Assembly (NCBI RefSeq): GCF_018977255.1
Contig: NW_024704743.1
Span: 13,518,001-13,582,000, forward strand
Origin: Callorhinchus milii
Taxonomy: Eukaryota
Length of the DNA stretch: 64,000 bases
Direction of reading: 5' to 3'
Shown here: piece after piece, positions 27,099-39,540 of the stretch
How positions within the stretch are numbered: the stretch's first letter is position 1
How the letters are laid out: every line of letters starts with the position of its first letter
Notes under the pieces: generated by a model
Database searches by the model: none
Told to the model about the DNA's origin: nothing
Seen by the model: the letters and a program-made list of their open reading frames with translations, nothing else
Program-made: the position numbers and the translations under genes

Positions 27099-27575
27099 AC
27101 CTGACTGCACTTCTGCCTCCACCTCCACGATGGTGGAGGCAGAGGAAATGTTTTTTTGCAGGGATTGTCTTCAGGTATTAAAGCCCTCTGTTGTCCTTCC
27201 ACATCTGTGACAGAACTTTTGATGATGCTTCAAGAAGTTTCTATTAGAAATATGGTTGTAGTGCCTTAGTTACTTGGATTATAAAACAAATCTTAAATCT
27301 CAGCACATCCTTATGGAATTAGTGATGTATAAGGATAACATCCTTAGGCAAACTAAACATGGGCTGGTAGGAATAGACACAGCCTAACAACAACAACTTG
27401 TATTTATATAGCGCCCTTCACTCGAGGTAGCATCCCCGAGCACTTTAATCAGGGGGAAGGTAACAGAAGCCATGGTTGAAGAGGTAGGTCTTTAACAGAG
27501 TTTTTAAAACAGGAAAAGTACAAGTTGGAGAAATTTTTGGAGGAAATTTCAGAGAATGGACTTTAGTGTCTAAAC

Positions 27576-29666
27576 CGGGGTGGGCAAAAGACGGCCCGGG
27601 GGCTATATCCGGCCAGCCAAATGATTCTTTCCGGCCCGTCATTGTGTTTAGCAACAGAAAAAATTATAGTTCGTTCACTCCCAGAAAGTCACACAAATTT
27701 CGCATTTGAATCAGACCAGGAACATCAGCCAATCACACTGCTTAGTTGTGCGCACACTCCCTTAAGTGTTGAATTAGATTGACGACAGAAAAGTACGGAT
27801 CAGCAAATTTTCAAACGCGCCCACGGCAACCACAACAATATTTTTCACTGAAGAGGACGTTAATTCGAAATGAATTCAAAACAACAACAACAACAACAAC
27901 AAGATTCCATTTATAAAGCGCCTTTCACGTCAGGAGGACGTCCCAAGGCGCTGCACAGTTGGCGTCATGTTTTAAAAAAANGCGGAAAGTGGACGCAGAA
28001 GGTCGAATATTCAACAAAGAATGGACTTTTAAATATTTTTTTACCAGTGTGGGTGGAAAATAATAAAGCAAATAAAATAAATAAAATAAAAATAAATGAA
28101 AAAATAAAGAAAATAAAAAGTGTGCAATTACAAAATAAAGTAAGCAATTTTGTATGTTTTTCACTGGCACTTGATGAGAGTTGTGATGTCAAAGACACAG
28201 CCCAGTTGATAATTTTTATTCGAGGTATCATCAAACATTTTGAGCTCACAGAAGAATTGGCATCAATGCAGTCAATGAAAGATACAACTGGAGAAGACTT
28301 TTTGGAGGCAGTAAATAAGTATATCTTAAAATTGGGAGTGGAGTGGAAAAAAATTGGTGAATGTGACCGCTGATGGAAGCCCAAATCTAACAGGCAAAAA
28401 TGTTGGGTTACTGAAAAGAATTCAAGATCAAGTCAAAGAAACAAATCCAGAACAGAATATTGTTTTTTTACACTGCATTATCCACCAAGAGGTCCTCTGT
28501 AAGAGTGGTCTAAAACCAAGCAATGTCGTGGACACAGTTACGAAAGTGGTCAACTACATTCGAGCAAGAGGATTAAACCACAGGCAATTTGTAACTCTGC
28601 TTGAGGAACTGGAATCCGAGCACACGGATGTTCTGTATCACAGAATGTAAGATGGCTTCGTTTAGGAAAGGTCTTGTAAAGAGTGGGGGAACTGAGAACA
28701 GAGATTGATTGATTTTTGGGCATGAAATAAAAAGATTTGGGTTTCTCACAGTTGAATGATGCGAACTGGCTCTCTGATTTCACATTTGCCGTTGATATCA
28801 TGGGCCACATGAATGAGCTGAATTCAAAACTGCAATGGAAGGGGGCTTTTGTGCACGATTTGTATCGCAGTGTCAAGTCATTTATGACAAAATTATTTAT
28901 TTTATTGCTTCAGATAGGAAACAGGTTGTTCGTCCGCTTTCCAACTTTGCTGTAGATTACTGTTTGCGATCAAAGCCTTAAAAAGTATATTTCGTCACTA
29001 CTTGACTTACATACCAAATTTTCTTGCTGATTCCAGGATTTCAATTTGATCGAAAATGACCTGTCTTTGGTCTCTTCACCTTTCTCATTTGATGTTGACA
29101 AAGCCCCATTTGACCTCCAACTCAAGCTTATTGACCAGCAATGTGATCCATTGCTTGGGGAGCAATTCAATTCAGTGCCACTTCCCAGTTTTTACGCCTC
29201 TCTTGATGAATATAGCTTTCCAAAAATAAAGGCTCATGCCCGGAGGATGCTTGTGCTGTTTGGATCAACATACATATGCGAGGAGACATTCTGTGATGAA
29301 ATTCAATAAATCAAAACATAGATCTATGATGACTGATGACCACCTTGCAGCAGTACTCCGCATTGCAACAATGGGGGCGATGCCTGACTTCAATTGTCTG
29401 GTTAACGCACATCAGCGCTTTCATTCTTCCCATGAATGAGCTTCTCACATTTTCATCAATATGTGAATAAATGAATAAATATTGAATAAATGTCTGCTCA
29501 ATGAGTTGTTTTTATTTAACCTAATTTTAATGAATGACAAATATATAGACTTTATTTTATGCATGTCCAAGTGTAAGACTTGATTTTGAGCTATTTGCAA
29601 TATATTAAGTGTGCGAAGCTTGGAAAAACCCGTGAAGTGGTACAGCCAAATAATTGCCCACCCCTG
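27576..29666 (+). mobile_element. Decayed hAT DNA transposon (Charlie/GTF2IRD2-like transposase)
   Basis: TIRs C(A)GGGGTGGGCAA and TTGCCCACCCCTG. 8-bp TSD GTCTAAAC/GTCTAAAT. Transposase fragments FSLALDESCDVKDTAQLIIFIRG, VTADGSPNLTG, HCIIHQEVLC and FGSTYICE are broken by frameshifts and stops. Confidence 0.93.
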
Positions 29667-31105
29667 GTCTAAATGCTCGGTCATCAACGGTACTGTAGAG
29701 TGGGAGAATGGCATACAGCAGCAGGTCCCAGTTTACAGAGCAGAGACAGTGAACAATAGAATGAGCCGGAAGGAAATTTCAGATGGCAAATATATAATTA
29801 AAATTGTAGACATGGTAAATATATCATTGAAATAAATGTGGCTGCCAAACCACACCTTAATGTGGCCAATCACTACTCGCACTACTCACCCTTGTGTACA
29901 TTTGTCTGGGATTCAGTATGATATTCCCATGAGAAACAAGTCCATACTCATACATACCTGTAGTTGCAAACCTCAAAGCTGACAAAGCCTTCAAACTAGA
30001 TACATTAAATACAAAGCAGATTGTGTTCAGATTAAATTATCCTGTAGTCGTTTTACATCTGAAACCAGTTTGAATCCAACAAAAAAGACATCTGATCACA
30101 AGTTATACCATATCTGTTGTTACAATGTAATTCCCCATTGACTCCAGTTCTCAGCACAATATTGCTACATCTTTTACACTGTATTTTTCTTACTGTGATT
30201 GCTGAATGGAATGTTTCCTCTTCTTTGTTAATGCCAAGATTATACAAAATGCACACTCAACCTGCATTGTACTTTGATCAGGCTGCACATTTTTGTTTGA
30301 TCAGCCCCATATCTAGCACATGCGGAAACTTACCGCCTTGCTTAAAAATACCCAAATTAGAGGTTTCCATGCATCCTACCCACACATGGAAACTCCTGGG
30401 TATTGGAATGATGGCATACGCACTCTCAAGAATATGGCAACAACAACTTGCACTTATCTAACACCTTTCACATTGGATTCGCAAGGAATTCCAGCATAAT
30501 TATAATATTCCTTGCATTTGAAGTAGCGCCTTATCACATTATTGAGACGTTCAAAACACTTCACAGAATATATTGTAAAGTGGATTGACTGTGTATTTTG
30601 TGGGCGAAACGCAGCAGCCAATTACAAACAGTCATGGATTGAGTGACCGCATTATTGTGACCGCTGCTTGTAGACTACCTTGAAACAGATATCGGGCCCC
30701 AAATAGCATTTTAGCAAACCTATCCTTCAGCTTTGAATAGGACATTGCTCTGCTAAAGAAGAAATATGTACCAACCAGGAGCATAGACAATACAGGATAA
30801 AGCTGTGTAAGAGTGAGTGTTATAGAACAAGCAACAGTGTTGGGTGGAAAAAGTTAATGACAAACACTGCCACCCAGTGCTTTGTTTCAGTAGAACATTA
30901 TCTAACTTTATTCCATCTTGGTGGGAGAAGTAACAGTAATCCTTACATTTGATACAGTACCTTTCTCGTCAGGAGGGTGCCTCAAAGAGCTTCACAAGGA
31001 TCACCTTAAAGTGTAGTTACTGTGTGCTTTGTAAGTGAACTTAGCGGCCGATTTGTGCACTGCAATGCCCCACAAACATTTTTTTTCTCTGGTAGATTGT
31101 TTGCA

Positions 31106-33097
31106 TCCAAGACTCACCATCCAAGACTTCATTGTCGACAAAAACATCGACATTCTCGCACTCACCAAAACCTGGATCACTCCAGGCGACACCTTCCCCG
31201 ACAGAGGCCACACCACCTGGCCACACCTTCCATCATACCCAATGACCTAACCATCGTGGTGGCGGTGTGGCTCTCATCTCCCAGTCCCCGCTCGGTCTAT
31301 CCCCTTACTCCCCTGGAACCTTCACCTCCTTTGAACACCTTACCCTTTATTATCCCTCCAACCTTTTCCTCAAATTCTCCTTATCTATCGACCCACCCCC
31401 CAAGCCCCTCTCCCCACCTTCCTCCCCAACATCTCCATCCTCCTATCTTCCCTCTCCCTCTGCTCCGAACGCCTCCTCATCCTAGATGACTTCAATCTTG
31501 ACTTCACCCCCTCCTGCTCTACCTCTGCTGACTTCTCTCTCCTCTCTTCTCACAACCTTTCTCTCCACATCCACTCCGCCACCCACATCCACGGTCACCC
31601 TCGACCTGGTAATCACACAGGGCCTCACCATCTCAGACTTCACCATCACCGACAAAGCCATCTCAGATCATTACTTAATCTCCCTGAACTCTTCAATCCT
31701 TCTCCCCACCGCCATCCAACCCACATCCATTTCCTACCACTCCTGGAAAAAAATCTCCAACCCCGCCCTCTCCACTGCTTTGGATTCATCTGAACTTCTT
31801 CCCCTCTGGGCTTCCTCCCACAATGACCTATTGCCACAGCACAGAAACAGCTCTGGTCAAAGTGATAAATGAAATTTTTGTCCATCTGCGACTAGGGCTC
31901 CCTTTGTCTCCTCGTCCTACTTCACCTCTCTGCTGCCTTCAATACCTTTGACCACTCTATCCTCCTTCACCGGCTTTCCTCTCACCTCAACCTTCACAGT
32001 TCTGTCCTTGAATGGTTCAGATACTACCTCTCACACCGTCTCAACTTCATCTGCACAAACGTTTTCTCCTCTAGTCCCCGCACAATCTCGTGTGACATTC
32101 CTCAGGGCTCTGTCCTTGGTCCCCTCCTTTTCAATATCTATATGCTCTCTCTTGGTGACATCATCCACAGACACGAGTCAACTTCCACGTGTATGGGGAT
32201 GACACCCAACTCTACCTCTCTGCCTCCACCCTCTACTCCAGGACCACTGCCGTCCTGACAGAATGTCTGTCAGACATCAAGTCCTGGATGAGAGCTAACT
32301 TTCTTCAGTTGAACGTCATCAAGACCGAGGCTCTCCTGATTGGCTCCTGTCAGCGCCTCCTCACCTCAGGCACTGACAGCTTCACCATCTAAGGAATGCC
32401 CACTCCACCTCACTGAGCCAGTTCGGAACCTTGGGTTTTGTTTGACCCTCAATTATCCTTTCTACCCCACATCTGTGCCATGAACTGCTGCTCTGCCTTC
32501 TTCCACCTCCTCAATATCGCCCGGCTCCACCACTGTCTCACATTGCAGGATGCCAAAACCCTCATACACACTTGTTCATAACATCCAACTTGACTATGTA
32601 AATTACCCTGCTTGTCGGCCTTCACAACTCCTCCCTCCATAGGCTGCAGTTCATCCAAAACTCTGCAGCCTTCACCAGGCTCCAGGACCCTACCACCCCC
32701 ATCCTCGCCCGACTCCACTGGCTTCCCATCACACAGAAGATACAGTTCAAGATCCTTGTCCTCACCTGCAAAGCCCTCCATGGGCTTGCTCCCCACTACC
32801 TCTGCGACCACCTTACCACCTATCCACCTGTCCTCTCCCTCCGCTCATTGACGGGTAGGCCTTCAGCCACTGGAAGTTCCAGATGGTGGAGGCGGATTTC
32901 CAGATGGTGGGGAACTCCATCTCATAGTCCCTCCACCTCGCACTCTCCCTTGCCTTCTTCAAGACCTGTCTCAAGACCCTTCTCTTCGACTGTGCCTTTG
33001 GCCACCCATCCTCTCCAATCCCAACCCCCAGATTGTCCATTGGGATGTTCTCCTGATGTGAAAAGGGCTTTACAAATGTAATTTTGTTGTTGTTGTT
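31106..33097 (+). mobile_element. Decayed, internally deleted L2 LINE (APE endonuclease and RT remnants)
   Basis: DILALTKTWITPGD (endonuclease), TLDLVIT..ISDHYLI, YGDDTQLYLS..IKSWMRANFLQLNVIKTEALLIG (RT). Ends in a (TTG)n tail. Confidence 0.9.
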
Positions 33098-33191
33098 TGC
33101 CAGGATACCAAAACGCCTTCTTTTTCTTGGCCACTGTTTCAAATGTATATGGGAACATAGGAATATCTGCCCAATCAAACTACTATCATGT

Positions 33192-33580
33192 GGAGTCCTG
33201 TAGCTTAGTGGTTAGAGCACTCACCTCGGAAGCGACAGGACCTGGGTTCAATTCCCAGTCAAGGCGAAACGTTGGACAGGTTTCTTGATTCCACACTCCT
33301 TGTTTACCTAGCAGTAAGTAGGAACCAGGTTGTTAGTCAATTGGCGGATCCCTTTTCCAGGGGTAACAATCCCTTTTTAAAAAAATGTTTAAAGAATAAT
33401 AATAATTTGGTCACTCATTCTACAACTGTTTGTGGGACACTGCTGTGCGCAATTGGCTGCCGCATTTCACCCACAAAATATACAGGCAATTCAATTTATA
33501 GTATATTCTGTGAAGCGCTTTGAGACGCCTCAAAGTCTATGTAAATGCAATGAAAATATATGCAAGGATTATTATTATTT
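33192..33580 (+). mobile_element. tRNA-headed SINE, longer subfamily
   Basis: Same head and tail plus an extra internal block TGTTTACCTAGCAGTAAGTAGGAACC, also seen at about 7730, 21500 (-), 26325, 50625 and 52360. Confidence 0.85.
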
Positions 33581-33602
33581 ATATTGCAACACAAAACACA
33601 TC

Positions 33603-33940
33603 CAGGTTGTGGGTTCAAGCTCCACATTGGGACTTTGAATTCCTTTGTCTATGCTGACACTCCATTGCAGAGCTGGGGGTGTGCCGCATTGTTCGAGGTG
33701 CCGCCCTTCAGATGAGATGTTAAACCGAGATCCCAACTGCCTGTTCAGGTGGATGTTAAAGATCCCATGGCACTATTCAAAAAAGGGGAGTTTCTTCCAG
33801 TGTCCTGGCCAACCATATCCCAAATTGGTCACTCATATCATGGCTGTTTATGGGACATCACTGTGCACAATGCTGGCCTGTTCACGTACAATCCTGTGAA
33901 GGATTGTTAGACATCCTCCCGATGTGAAAAGCCCTATACC
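33603..33940 (+). mobile_element. Older Deu-domain SINE
   Basis: GAGATGTTAAACCGAG..CAGGTGGATGTTAAAGATCCCATGGCACTATTC core. Confidence 0.8.
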
Positions 33941-34941
33941 ACAACAACAGCAAGATTGCATTTTAGAGCGCCTTTCATATCAGGAGGACGTCCCAAGGCG
34001 CTGGACAGTTGGGTCGGGATCCGAGCAGGGGGGAAATGGTGAGGGGAGGGAAGGGAGGAAGCGAGGAGTGGGTTGAGAGCCGAGAGGGGAGGTGAAGGCA
34101 CGGTTGAACTCTTACATTACCAAATGTAAGAGTTATTCTTGTTAACATCAATGATAAATGCACATGCATACTATAAGATTGCAACATATTTTACCACCTC
34201 CCTTTGTAAGAAATCAACCTGCAATTTCATCAATACTGTTTATTTTTCCATGCAGGCAAAGGCAGCAATTCAGTGTGAATCTAGGAATGTTAGTAACATT
34301 TCAAATGATAGGGTATGGGGGACTATTTGGGATCAGATCAGAAGTTAATTATTAAAATGTAATCAGATCAGAAGTGAATTACTAAAAAAATGTTGTTTTA
34401 ATTAAGTTAGGTATGTTTAAGCTTGTTAAGTAGGTTTTGAGATAATCTACAGAATTACAATCTTGATCGTAAATGTTGTTAAGTGGACATTGCTTATACT
34501 CATCACCATTAACAAGTGTCGAGATGACTTGCAGAACTACAATCTTGATTATACAATGTTATTTTAATCAAATTGATCTGAATGGCAGAATTTTTCTTGA
34601 AGCTTAACATGTACCATGGGATAGCTGGTATAAATCTAGATAAAATGTAAGGAATATTATTATTAACATAATGGATGCATATGATACTATATGCAGGGAT
34701 ATATGCAGTATATTCTATACTCAGAATATAGAAGATGTCAGTCTGCTGTGTATTGTGTTATGAAGAGTAAAATTGGTTAAGAAAGAGGTGAATTTTGTTG
34801 TGTCTCATGTGTCATTAATTGCTGCTGTCCAAACCAATAGTTTAATCAGAGTCAGATGTGATTAAAATAATCAGGTGGGTAAAAAGATGCTGACAAGCAC
34901 TAATCTGCCTGAAGTAAACAACCATGATGTAAAGAAGTAAA

Positions 34942-35142
34942 AACAGAGTCGCTGGGAAAACATAGCAGGTCAGGCAACATCTATGGAGTTCTGACAAAAA
35001 ATATATACAGTTCTGAGGAAAGGTTATCGATCTGAAACGTGAATTCATTTTCCTCTCTCCATAGATGCTGCCTGACCTGCTGTGTGTTCCCAGCGACTTC
35101 TGTTTTTACTTCAAATTTCCAGCACCTGCAGTATTTTGCCTT
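34942..35142. mobile_element. Penelope-like retroelement remnant, same family
   Basis: Inverted arms ..AGCAGGTCAGGCA / TGCCTGACCTGCT.. and 18-bp flanking direct repeat ATGAT(G/A)TAAAGAAGTAAA. Other copies at about 860-1075 and 8860-8972. Confidence 0.65.
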
Positions 35143-35256
35143 ATGATATAAAGAAGTAAAGACGAGCTACATTTCAATAGTTCAGTCGGAGAGAGAGTGC
35201 ATTGTTCATTTATCCAGGAGGGCAGAACTCCCATTTGAGGTTCTGATATTCAAGTA

Positions 35257-35635
35257 ACATCAACAACAACAACAACAAGATTACATTTGTATAGCGCCTT
35301 TCACGTTGGGAAGACTTCCCAAGGCGCTGGACAGTGTACAGCATTTCAAACGAAGAAATAAAAATAATAATTTTTGCATTTGATTTAGCAGCTTATCCCA
35401 CCTCCATCCCAGTTCTCCCTTCGCCTCGCTTCCTCCCTTGCTTCCTTCAAGGCCGGTCTCAAGACCCTTCTCTTTGATCGTGCCTTTGGTCACCCTCCCA
35501 CCTCTCTGCCTTCCCTCACCCCTACCCCACCCCTTCCCCATGCTCGGGTTCCGACCCCTGACTGTCCAGCGCCTTGGGACGTCCTCCCAACGTGAAAGGC
35601 GCTCTATAAATGTAATTTTGCTGTTGTTGTTATGT
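35257..35635. mobile_element. Two L2 3' ends in opposite orientation
   Basis: (CAA)n tail at 35257-35278 (- copy) and TTG tail at about 35630 (+ copy). Confidence 0.75.
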
Positions 35636-38187
35636 TATTGATATGTCTCAAGTCTCAAGAAAGAACAGACATCAACGATACAATATGATACAAAATTACA
35701 TTTGTATAGCGCCTTTCACGTTGGTGGACGTCACAAGATGCTGGTATAAGAACGAGATACAAGAACATAGTTGCAAGAGATTCAATGCTTGCTATCATCA
35801 GCATTCCCAAAACAAGAGAACTTTAGCTGCTGCCTATGAACTTTGATATTGTCACAATGGTCACGTACTATGTGAGCATAATAGCATAAGACAGTTGTAA
35901 CCCTGCTTATTGATTTAATGCAATTATTGAATTGAATTATTTATTTTTTGCTTCAGTAAATGAAGTGTTAAACATAGAATACAAGTGACTTCAGTTCCTC
36001 TGTTCTCGGGTTCCCGATTCTATACTTTGTCTATTCTGACCGCACCATATTCACAGTCGAAGCAGAGTGATTATATTCTGGCCCATTCCCAGGCGAAGCA
36101 GTGCTTTTGATTCTGCTGATACAGTAGTTGGAATATGTACAAATTTAAGGGTTGTTTTTGCTGACACTAGGGATCACTTGAGGTCTTTGCAAAGTGAAAG
36201 ACTGACAGCTTTCCACATAGGCAGATTAGACTCAGCCATCTAGACAACTGTCTGGCTACTCTACCAAATTTGCAGTTTGATTTGGAACACTTCACGCTTC
36301 AGGCAGAATGAAAATTCTCCGCCAGTATTATTTGTTGTACGGTCAACTTCAACAGATAGTAGTCATCTTGACTTCCAAATGTTGTCTTGTTCTTACTGTC
36401 CTTAAGGAACAGGCAACAATCAGCGATACTGTTCTATCCAACAGCACAGTGCTCATTCTCTCAGTGCTGAAATGAGTCTGTCTGTCCTTGTGCCCCACCA
36501 CACGACCCAACCAGCAATATTAAAAGTGGTGGCAAATAAGACTCACAAATATACAAACAGAAAATACACACTGAAAAAGTAGTGCATGGGCCTAACAGGA
36601 TGCAGTGGTGGGGGGAGGGAAATCATCAAATAGAAGCATTGGTTTAGCACGAGGTGAATTCTAACAGGAATCTGAGTGGACACTCCTTAAGGTAATTTGA
36701 AGTAAGTCACACAAATCATGCCAACCTTCAAAATCTTTACTTTGAAAATAGACCATTTAGGAATGATTTTCTTGTGAATTTTGTGGTTTTCTTGTTAAGG
36801 AATCATGTTAGAAAATATTCATATCACATTACGATAAGCCTATTTAAGCAGACATTACTTACACGTTCTCTTTACTTACATTTTGTGGAATGCTGTAATT
36901 TTGGTTGCAATGTATATTGGCATTTGGAGCGAGGTAAATATTTTTACTTTTATTACAGGGTGCAGTGTCCATAGCAAATTGTTTTCTCTGTTGCTCACAT
37001 TTATTGATTTTGAAACTTCATATCTTGTTTTGTATGTTTTTAGTGAAGCTGGAAATATCATGAATGGTCAGACTTTGGTAATGATTAGTTCTTTCCAGGT
37101 AATCAATTATTGGGTGAGGTTGTCTTTGGTTTCCCTTCCCACTGCCCTGGCCATTTCTCTGTTTGTATATCTGCTGAAGGTCCACAAGTACTCTCAATTT
37201 CTCTGGAGATTGTGAATTGTATGCTCCTCTGCAAATATGCTGTGGCATATGCAACTTGCACTAAATATTTCATAGACCTCACTAGGTATGTATAGAGGAG
37301 GGCGCAGCTTGGATTGTACTTTCAATGAATCTGCTGCTTCAGGATGTCGACTTCTTTCTAATGTGTTTCATGTAACTCATTACAGTCATGTTCTTCAGCT
37401 GTGTAACTGTGTTGCAGAGATGTCATGAGCCATGTTCCAAGCAGCCATCTATTCTTTTGGTTGACTTTGATTTCTGTTTGTTTTCTGAGTTGTAAAACAG
37501 CTCACAGTCTACACAAATACTCCAACGCAATACTGAGAATGTGCTGCATTGTTGTTAGTGCTATCATTTGGATAAGACATTAAATCAAGGTCTGCTACCT
37601 GTTTTCAGGTGGGCTTTGAAGATCCCATGATATAATTTCAAAAGAGAAGGGAGTTGCTCCCTGTGTCCTGACCAACAATCCCCAGATTCATTGGTCAAAC
37701 ATGGTTATTTGTGGAACTTTTCTGTGTGCAAAATTGTTGACGCATTTGCCTTCAAATACAGTCGCTACAATTGACAGTGATTACTGTAATGCTTCATGAG
37801 ATGCTTTTACGTGATAATGCAACTTCTTTCAACTTACAAAAATCATATAGAACATACCTGTGAAAGAAAAGGTTATTTTTTGTTTCTTTTTCCATTTTGA
37901 AGCATCCATTGAACCTGCCTGTATTCATCTTCAAACATTAATTGCTGATGAATTGCCTGCCTGCCAGTGCCATTTAGCAGTGGAGTAATTTGATTTGGAG
38001 CAAACCAAATCATAGCTTCTTTAACTTTGCCATTAAAAATGGTGCAACAGCACATCCAGGTCCATCAATGCACTAAATGATGAATGAACTGCCAATTTGA
38101 CCCTTAACTAGCTGACAAACAGTAAGAATCTTACTGATGTTCCGAATGCTAGTTTATCTGGTTAAACTCCAGCAGTATGCCAGAACT

Positions 38188-38652
38188 TAGTCAAACCTGC
38201 TAAAGAAACCACCTCTATTCAGCAACCACCTGCTGTCAACAACTCTCTGGCACAGTCCTGACCAATTTTTCAGAATAAACCACCTCTATTCAGCAAACAC
38301 CTGTCTGATGGAAACAGTGGCCACTTTTTGTAGCCTCGTCAGTGTACATACATCCTTTTCAGCAGCCAGTCCTAAGTGAATTTAAATGTACTTATCAGTA
38401 TATTGGTGTTACCAATTTCCATGGGACAGTATAAGCTCCTGCTAGACTTCTAGTGCATTTACCAATGCCATGCTGAGATGCCCATGTGATACCTACAGCT
38501 TCCCTCCTCAAGCTTGGTAACTACACCAGGAATCTGGAGGGAGTCTACACACAGATCCTTGAAAACATTTTTTTTGGTCATTGAGGCCTCCATTTACATA
38601 AAGGCCACTTTGGTCCAGTCTCCTCAGTGGTTGCTGAAAACTGGTTTGACTG
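38188..38652. mobile_element. Old pogo/Tigger-like non-autonomous DNA transposon
   Basis: Imperfect inverted ends TAGTCAAACCTG..AACCAC and GTGGTTG..CTGGTTTGACTG, with internal repeats AACCACCTCTATTCAGCAA. Confidence 0.6.
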
Positions 38653-38824
38653 TTTTTTGAGGTCCCCCAAATCCTACAGCCTGCGACTAAACTGAGAGTC
38701 AGCGTGAGGCCGGGGCACTGCTCCAGGGAGAGCCGCCCTCCAGACCAAAGGGAAATAGCAACACATCGATGGAATTGGAGTCTCTTAAACACAGATGGTG
38801 GGTTTCTGCATGTGTCAGACACAC

Positions 38825-39540
38825 GGCTCAGACACACGGCCCCTCCGCGGTGTGAGGCTCAGACACACAGCCCCTCCCTCCCCGGTGTGAGGCTCAGACA
38901 CACAGCCCCTCCCTCCCCGGTGTGAGGCTCAGACACACAGCCCCTCCCCGGTGTGAGGCTCAGACACACGGCCCCTCCCCGGTGTGAGGCTCAGACACAC
39001 AGCCCCTCCCCGGTGTGAGGCTCAGACACACAGCCCCTCCCCGGTGTGAGGCTCAGACACACGGTCCCTCCCTCCCCGGTGTGAGGCTCAGACACACGGC
39101 CCCTCCCTCCCCGGTGTGAGGCTCAGACACACAGCCCCTCCCTCCCCGGTGTGAGGCTCAGACACACGGACCCTCCCTCCCCGGTGTGAGGCTCAGACAC
39201 ACGGCCCCTCCCTCCCCGGTGTGAGGCTCAGACACACGGCCCCTCCCCGGTGTGAGGCTCAGACACACGGCCCCTCCCCGGTGTGAGGCTCAGACACACG
39301 GACCCTCCCTCCCCGGTGTGAGGCTCAGACACACGGACCCTCCCTCCCCGGTGTGAGGCTCAGACACACGGACCCTCCCTCCCCGGTGTGAGGCTCAGAC
39401 ACACGGACCCTCCCTCCCCGGTGTGAGGCTCAGACACACAGCCCCTCCCTCCCCGGTGTGAGGCTCAGACACACAGCCCCTCCCTCCCCGGTGTGAGGCT
39501 CAGACACACAGCCCCTCCCCGGTGTGAGGCTCAGACACAG
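38825..39540. repeat. Minisatellite, 31/35-bp unit CCCCGGTGTGAGGCTCAGACACAC(A/G)G(C/A)CCCT(CCCT), about 21 copies
   Basis: Directly visible near-identical tandem units that differ by a CCCT indel and a few substitutions. Confidence 0.95.

Noticed and set aside
27870..29439. GTF2IRD2/ZBED-like domesticated gene
   Set aside because: Multiple stops and frameshifts plus intact TIRs and TSD indicate a dead transposon copy.
34331..34563. Short local duplications (30-bp tandem at 34331-34385; 34450 and 34531 pair)
   Set aside because: Ordinary slippage-type duplications with no further structure.
38825..39540. Regular repeat array as a possible CRISPR
   Set aside because: No unique spacers and a eukaryotic context. 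It is a tandem minisatellite.
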